A stretch of 63,930 nucleotides of DNA, filler included, from an uncultured bacterium (GTDB lineage: Bacteria; DAOPZR01): assembly GCA_964637655.1 (NCBI GenBank). It is 9 parts of 9 records of this genome, joined end to end, with 100 filler letters (N's around TTAATTAATTAA, not from the genome) between each part and the next. Parts side by side here need not be neighbours in the genome. Positions count along the whole stretch, not along the records: positions 57,320 to 63,930 come from CAZWUZ010000212.1; 8 more parts are not named here. One strand, given 5' to 3'. Of this stretch, positions 60,826 through 63,930 are shown in pieces (position 1 is the stretch's first letter; each line of letters begins with the position of its first letter). The notes beneath the pieces were generated by a model. The model saw nothing but the letters and a program-made list of their open reading frames with translations. It was not told where the DNA came from and ran no database searches. A program made the translations under genes and the position numbers.

Positions 60826-61766
60826 GGCCGCCCCAGTTTCGCGCTGAAGGTCTGCCCGTCGCCGCAAGCCATGGTCATGCCCGGCTCGCCGGCAAGGGCG
60901 GTCAGCGCCAGCATCACCGCCGGCGCCGCGGCAAAACTCTGTCCGCAGCGCATGGCGAGCGGATCGGCAGCCGGTTCAGACGACTGCGCCAGTTTCAGGT
61001 TGCGCACCAGCGCGTACGGTTGCCGTCCCGCGGCCTGCGCCGCTGCCGCGCGCTCGATGATGAGGTAGGCGGCGGCTGAGGCGGGCACTTCGCCGTCATG
61101 CAGCAGGCCCGCCTGGCGCAGGTAGACAAACGTGGCGGGCTGGGCCGGAGTGTCGGCCGCGCCGGCTACCGCACAATCGACTTCACCGTCTGTCACCGCA
61201 CGCCACGCTTCGTACAACGCTGCCGCCGTCTGTGCCGCCCACGGCGTGAGGATAAGGTTGGGGCCCTTGATCCCCTCGATGATCGAGATCAGGCAGGGGG
61301 GCATGTTGGGCAGGATGCGGAACGACAGCAGCGGGTTGGTCGCCGCCAGGCCATCACGCCCGAGACATACCGTCGAGAAGATTCCGTGTTCGTCCACGGA
61401 ATGCTCAACCGTCGTTGCCACTTCCGACAGATTGGCCGCTGCCAGGCCGCTGCCGGCATAGAGACCTATCCGCTCCGCCGCGTAACGGCCGATAATGCCG
61501 GCATCGGCTATCGCCGCGTGCGCGGCGGCGCAGCCGAGCACCGCGGCCGGAGACATGTATTTGAGCATGCGCCGGTTGCCGGTCATGGTGCCGGCATCGA
61601 AGGCCGGCGGTTGCGCGACCGGCGCCGCCGCCAGCGGGGTTTCCGCCAGTTCCGGCAGCGGCGCGCGCGGCGCAACCGTGCCGGCCCGCCAGGCCGCGAG
61701 ATTGTCCGCGGCCGTCACTCCCAGCGGCGTCAGCAGGCCGATGCCGGTGATGGCGATCTCAGTCAC
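60822..61766 (-). CDS. Truncated non-catalytic ketosynthase (chain-length-factor-like)
   Basis: ITGIGLLTPLG, LPNMP, IKGPN; catalytic Cys position is in WAAQ; C-terminal His motifs absent. Confidence 0.8.
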   Translation of the reverse strand: MTEIAITGIGLLTPLGVTAADNLAAWRAGTVAPRAPLPELAETPLAAAPVAQPPAFDAGTMTGNRRMLKYMSPAAVLGCAAAHAAIADAGIIGRYAAERIGLYAGSGLAAANLSEVATTVEHSVDEHGIFSTVCLGRDGLAATNPLLSFRILPNMPPCLISIIEGIKGPNLILTPWAAQTAAALYEAWRAVTDGEVDCAVAGAADTPAQPATFVYLRQAGLLHDGEVPASAAAYLIIERAAAAQAAGRQPYALVRNLKLAQSSEPAADPLAMRCGQSFAAAPAVMLALTALAGEPGMTMACGDGQTFSAKLGRP

Positions 61767-62226
61767 GCGCCGACGGCTCCCGCAGCCAGAGTGCCAGCAG
61801 TTCCGCCCGCCGCTCATCAAGCAGCGGCTGGTCGATCTGGTGGAAGGAAAAGAGCAGGCGGCATTCCGCTACCGTTTTGCCGTCGCGCTGCGCCTGCACT
61901 ACGGCCGTGGCCCCGGCGTCGTTGGCCGATTCCACCGCTGCCCGGTAGGTGAGCGTGTCGCCGGGATAGACCGGGAGGCGGAACTTGGCGCGGTCGACCA
62001 GCGACAGCAGCGCCTTGCGGTTGCGCCCGGTGCGCTGCCGCTCCCCTTCCTCGATCAGCAGTCCCGACAACTGCGCCATCCCCTCGAGCAGCAGCACGCC
62101 GGGCATGATCGGCTTGAGCGGAAAATGATCGTCAAAGTAATCTTCAGACAGGGCAACGTTCTTCACCGCCGTCGCCTGCCGTCCCGGCTCCCACTGCGTT
62201 ATCCTGTCGATCAGGAAGAAGCGCAT
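61759..62226 (-). CDS. fabZ: 3-hydroxyacyl-ACP dehydratase
   Basis: FFLIDRI, KNV, DHFP..PIMPGVLLLEGMAQ, F..PV.PGD. Confidence 0.9.
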   Translation of the reverse strand: MRFFLIDRITQWEPGRQATAVKNVALSEDYFDDHFPLKPIMPGVLLLEGMAQLSGLLIEEGERQRTGRNRKALLSLVDRAKFRLPVYPGDTLTYRAAVESANDAGATAVVQAQRDGKTVAECRLLFSFHQIDQPLLDERRAELLALWLREPSARD

Positions 62227-62239
62227 GCTGGTCTTCGCC

Positions 62240-62692
62240 TCACGTGCCGGCCGGAACGTTCCGGTCGAGGTATTTGATCCCGATGGCGGCGACGAACATA
62301 CCGATCATCGCGCCGTTGGCCATCGTCGCCAGGTAGACGATAACGATGCCGGCCAGCGCCGCCGACAGGTGGTTGGAGGCGATCAGCAGCGTCAGGGGAG
62401 GGACCAGCGCCACCGCGATGCCGACCGCCGCGCCGATCAGCGCCCCGTCGAGCCGGGTGGCCGGCCCCGCGGCGGAACGGTGCTTGATCAGCCAGAGCCG
62501 TATGCCGTAGTCGTTGGCAAACGCGCCCAGCGCGCCGCCGCCGATGACCGACAGCAGCAGACGCAGCAGGTACACCTCGCGGAACGGGATGGTCAGGCCC
62601 AGCACGATGAAGAAGGCCAGCGTCGGCACGATGCAGAACAGGGCGCCGATCAGTTTCGCCCGCCGGATGTAAAAATCACAGAGTGCTTTCAC
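62240..62692 (-). CDS. Hypothetical 4-TM membrane protein
   Basis: Four hydrophobic Gly-rich segments; GGGAGG RBS; overlaps the regulator stop. Confidence 0.75.
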   Translation of the reverse strand: MKALCDFYIRRAKLIGALFCIVPTLAFFIVLGLTIPFREVYLLRLLLSVIGGGALGAFANDYGIRLWLIKHRSAAGPATRLDGALIGAAVGIAVALVPPLTLLIASNHLSAALAGIVIVYLATMANGAMIGMFVAAIGIKYLDRNVPAGT

Positions 62693-63348
62693 TATACCCC
62701 TCCCTTGCGGTCAACAACGTGTTGTGATGCCTCGCGATGATGCAGTATCAGTTCCTCCACCATCTGCGGGTCCGTGGTCGCCACGAAACCCGGCGCCCAC
62801 ATGTTCTTGCCGTGGAAATGGAGCGGATGACAGACCCCCAGCGCCAGCGTCGCGTTTTTCAGGTTGCGCACGATGCGTTCCGGCGAATGGTCGGGTGACG
62901 CGAGCAGGCTGATGATGAAGCCGTCGGCACTGATCTCCAGTTTGCGGATTTCCCAGTCATGCTCACGGCAGACCCGGCGCAGCTGCTTATCCAGTTCGTC
63001 AGCGATCTTCTCCTGGAAAAACGGGTACCCCTTGCGCGTGCGACAGGCAATAATGATCGGCAGGTAGGCAAAGTAGTGCTGGCTGGCCCAGATCTTCTTC
63101 TTCAGTGCGGTAATTATGGTGGTGCGCTGCCCCGGCGCGTGCAGCAGGCGGATCGAGCGGGCCCGGTCGGGCGTACGCTGGATATACCCCTTCTTTTCCA
63201 GCGCCAGCAGGTGGGAACGTATGCCGTTCGGGTTGGGAATGCTGAAGCGCTCCCCGATCTCCATCAGCGTGGGCGCCACCGCCCGTTCCGCGATCCGGCT
63301 CTGGATGAAGGTCAGGATTTCCTGCTGCCGGGCCGTCAGCGCTTCCAT
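62692..63348 (-). CDS. LexA-type winged-HTH fused to a degenerate IS200/IS605 Y1 transposase domain
   Basis: LTARQQEIL.FI...PT..EI...F....NG...HL.ALEKKGYI.R....RSI; then CREHDWEI..LEI..D, SP..SP..IV..LK, W.PGF..TT. Confidence 0.8.
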   Translation of the reverse strand: MEALTARQQEILTFIQSRIAERAVAPTLMEIGERFSIPNPNGIRSHLLALEKKGYIQRTPDRARSIRLLHAPGQRTTIITALKKKIWASQHYFAYLPIIIACRTRKGYPFFQEKIADELDKQLRRVCREHDWEIRKLEISADGFIISLLASPDHSPERIVRNLKNATLALGVCHPLHFHGKNMWAPGFVATTDPQMVEELILHHREASQHVVDRKGGV

Positions 63349-63365
63349 ACCGCCCTTTCAACTAC

Positions 63366-63413
63366 TGTCATTATTTACACCCTTATTATACTGTAATTTC
63401 GTACACCTGTCAA
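63366..63413 (-). promoter_or_regulatory. Consensus sigma-70 promoter with two TGT-N8-ACA operator boxes
   Basis: TTGACA (63408-63413)-17nt-TATAAT (63385-63390); boxes at 63366-63379 and 63392-63405. Confidence 0.8.
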
Positions 63414-63695
63414 GGGCGCGCCGCTGGCATTTTGCTAACTTCCTGCCGCTCCGGATAATGTATGCGAGGGATTGGCGGCGGTTGACAGGGCCTTGTCGCC
63501 GCGCCGGTATGGCCTTCCCGAAAACCGGTCCGGATGCATCCGGGGGAATCAGGTCAGGTCACTTCAATAAAAGGCCGCTTCCTCATACGAGAAAACGGCA
63601 GTTCTGATCCATATTGGCTCCCCGGACCTCACCATAGACAGAACCTTCAGCATAATTCTTGCGGTCGATTTTGCCGGTCGGGGTACTGACTGATA

Positions 63696-63930
63696 TCAGG
63701 GAAGCAGGAACTCGTCGACAAAATCGCGCGGCGACATAATCCGCACATACGGCAATCCGTGCCGGCGCAATTGCTGAGCGGTGAGGTCAAGAAGGTGCCG
63801 GTCACCGCTCACGATAATCCTGGCCCTGGCGGCAGAGGCGACAGCAAGACAGGCAGTATCGGCAGCATGCGTACTGACCGTAACAGTTCGCGTTGCCCGC
63901 ACCGTGGTCGCCTGATGGATGATCGTCCTG
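63696..63930 (-). CDS. PIN-family putative toxin, C-terminal part (cut by window end)
   Basis: D..CL.VA....A.IIVSGDRHLLDL...IMSPRDF. Confidence 0.8.
   Translation of the reverse strand, partial: RTIIHQATTVRATRTVTVSTHAADTACLAVASAARARIIVSGDRHLLDLTAQQLRRHGLPYVRIMSPRDFVDEFLLP

Noticed and set aside
62692-63348. Canonical lexA or an active IS200/IS605 element
   Set aside because: No peptidase domain or cleavage site; HUH and catalytic Tyr absent; no tnpB or IS-end hairpins seen
63570-63690. TGGCTCCCCG / WLPG segment resembling a tRNA 3' end or a recombinase C-terminal remnant
   Set aside because: Too short; no cloverleaf or supporting ORF

Overview
This is not one locus. It is nine ~6.6-7.2 kb contigs from a GC-rich bacterium (probably a metagenome bin), joined in decreasing length order by N-TTAATTAATTAA-N linkers, plus two 100-N gaps inside tandem repeats. 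Gene neighbourhoods are meaningful only within a contig. Most content is housekeeping, envelope glycosylation, metal transport and toxin-antitoxin genes. The best candidate for an undescribed system is in the last contig: a LexA-type DNA-binding domain fused to an apparently catalytically dead IS200/IS605 (Y1/HUH) transposase domain. It has two TGT-N8-ACA boxes over a consensus promoter and heads a tightly coupled type II FAS/PKS-like operon. Other notable items: a sigma-70 factor with two tandem Fis-like HTH repeats, a ribbon-helix-helix/Cys-His regulator with its own palindromic operator ahead of znuACB, an integron-like PIN-toxin cassette whose attC abuts half of a REP hairpin, a secreted tail-fibre-like protein beside a dockerin protein, a Flp-pilin/Ig fusion, and several REP-like repeat families. 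All family assignments come from motif recognition by eye; no searches were run.
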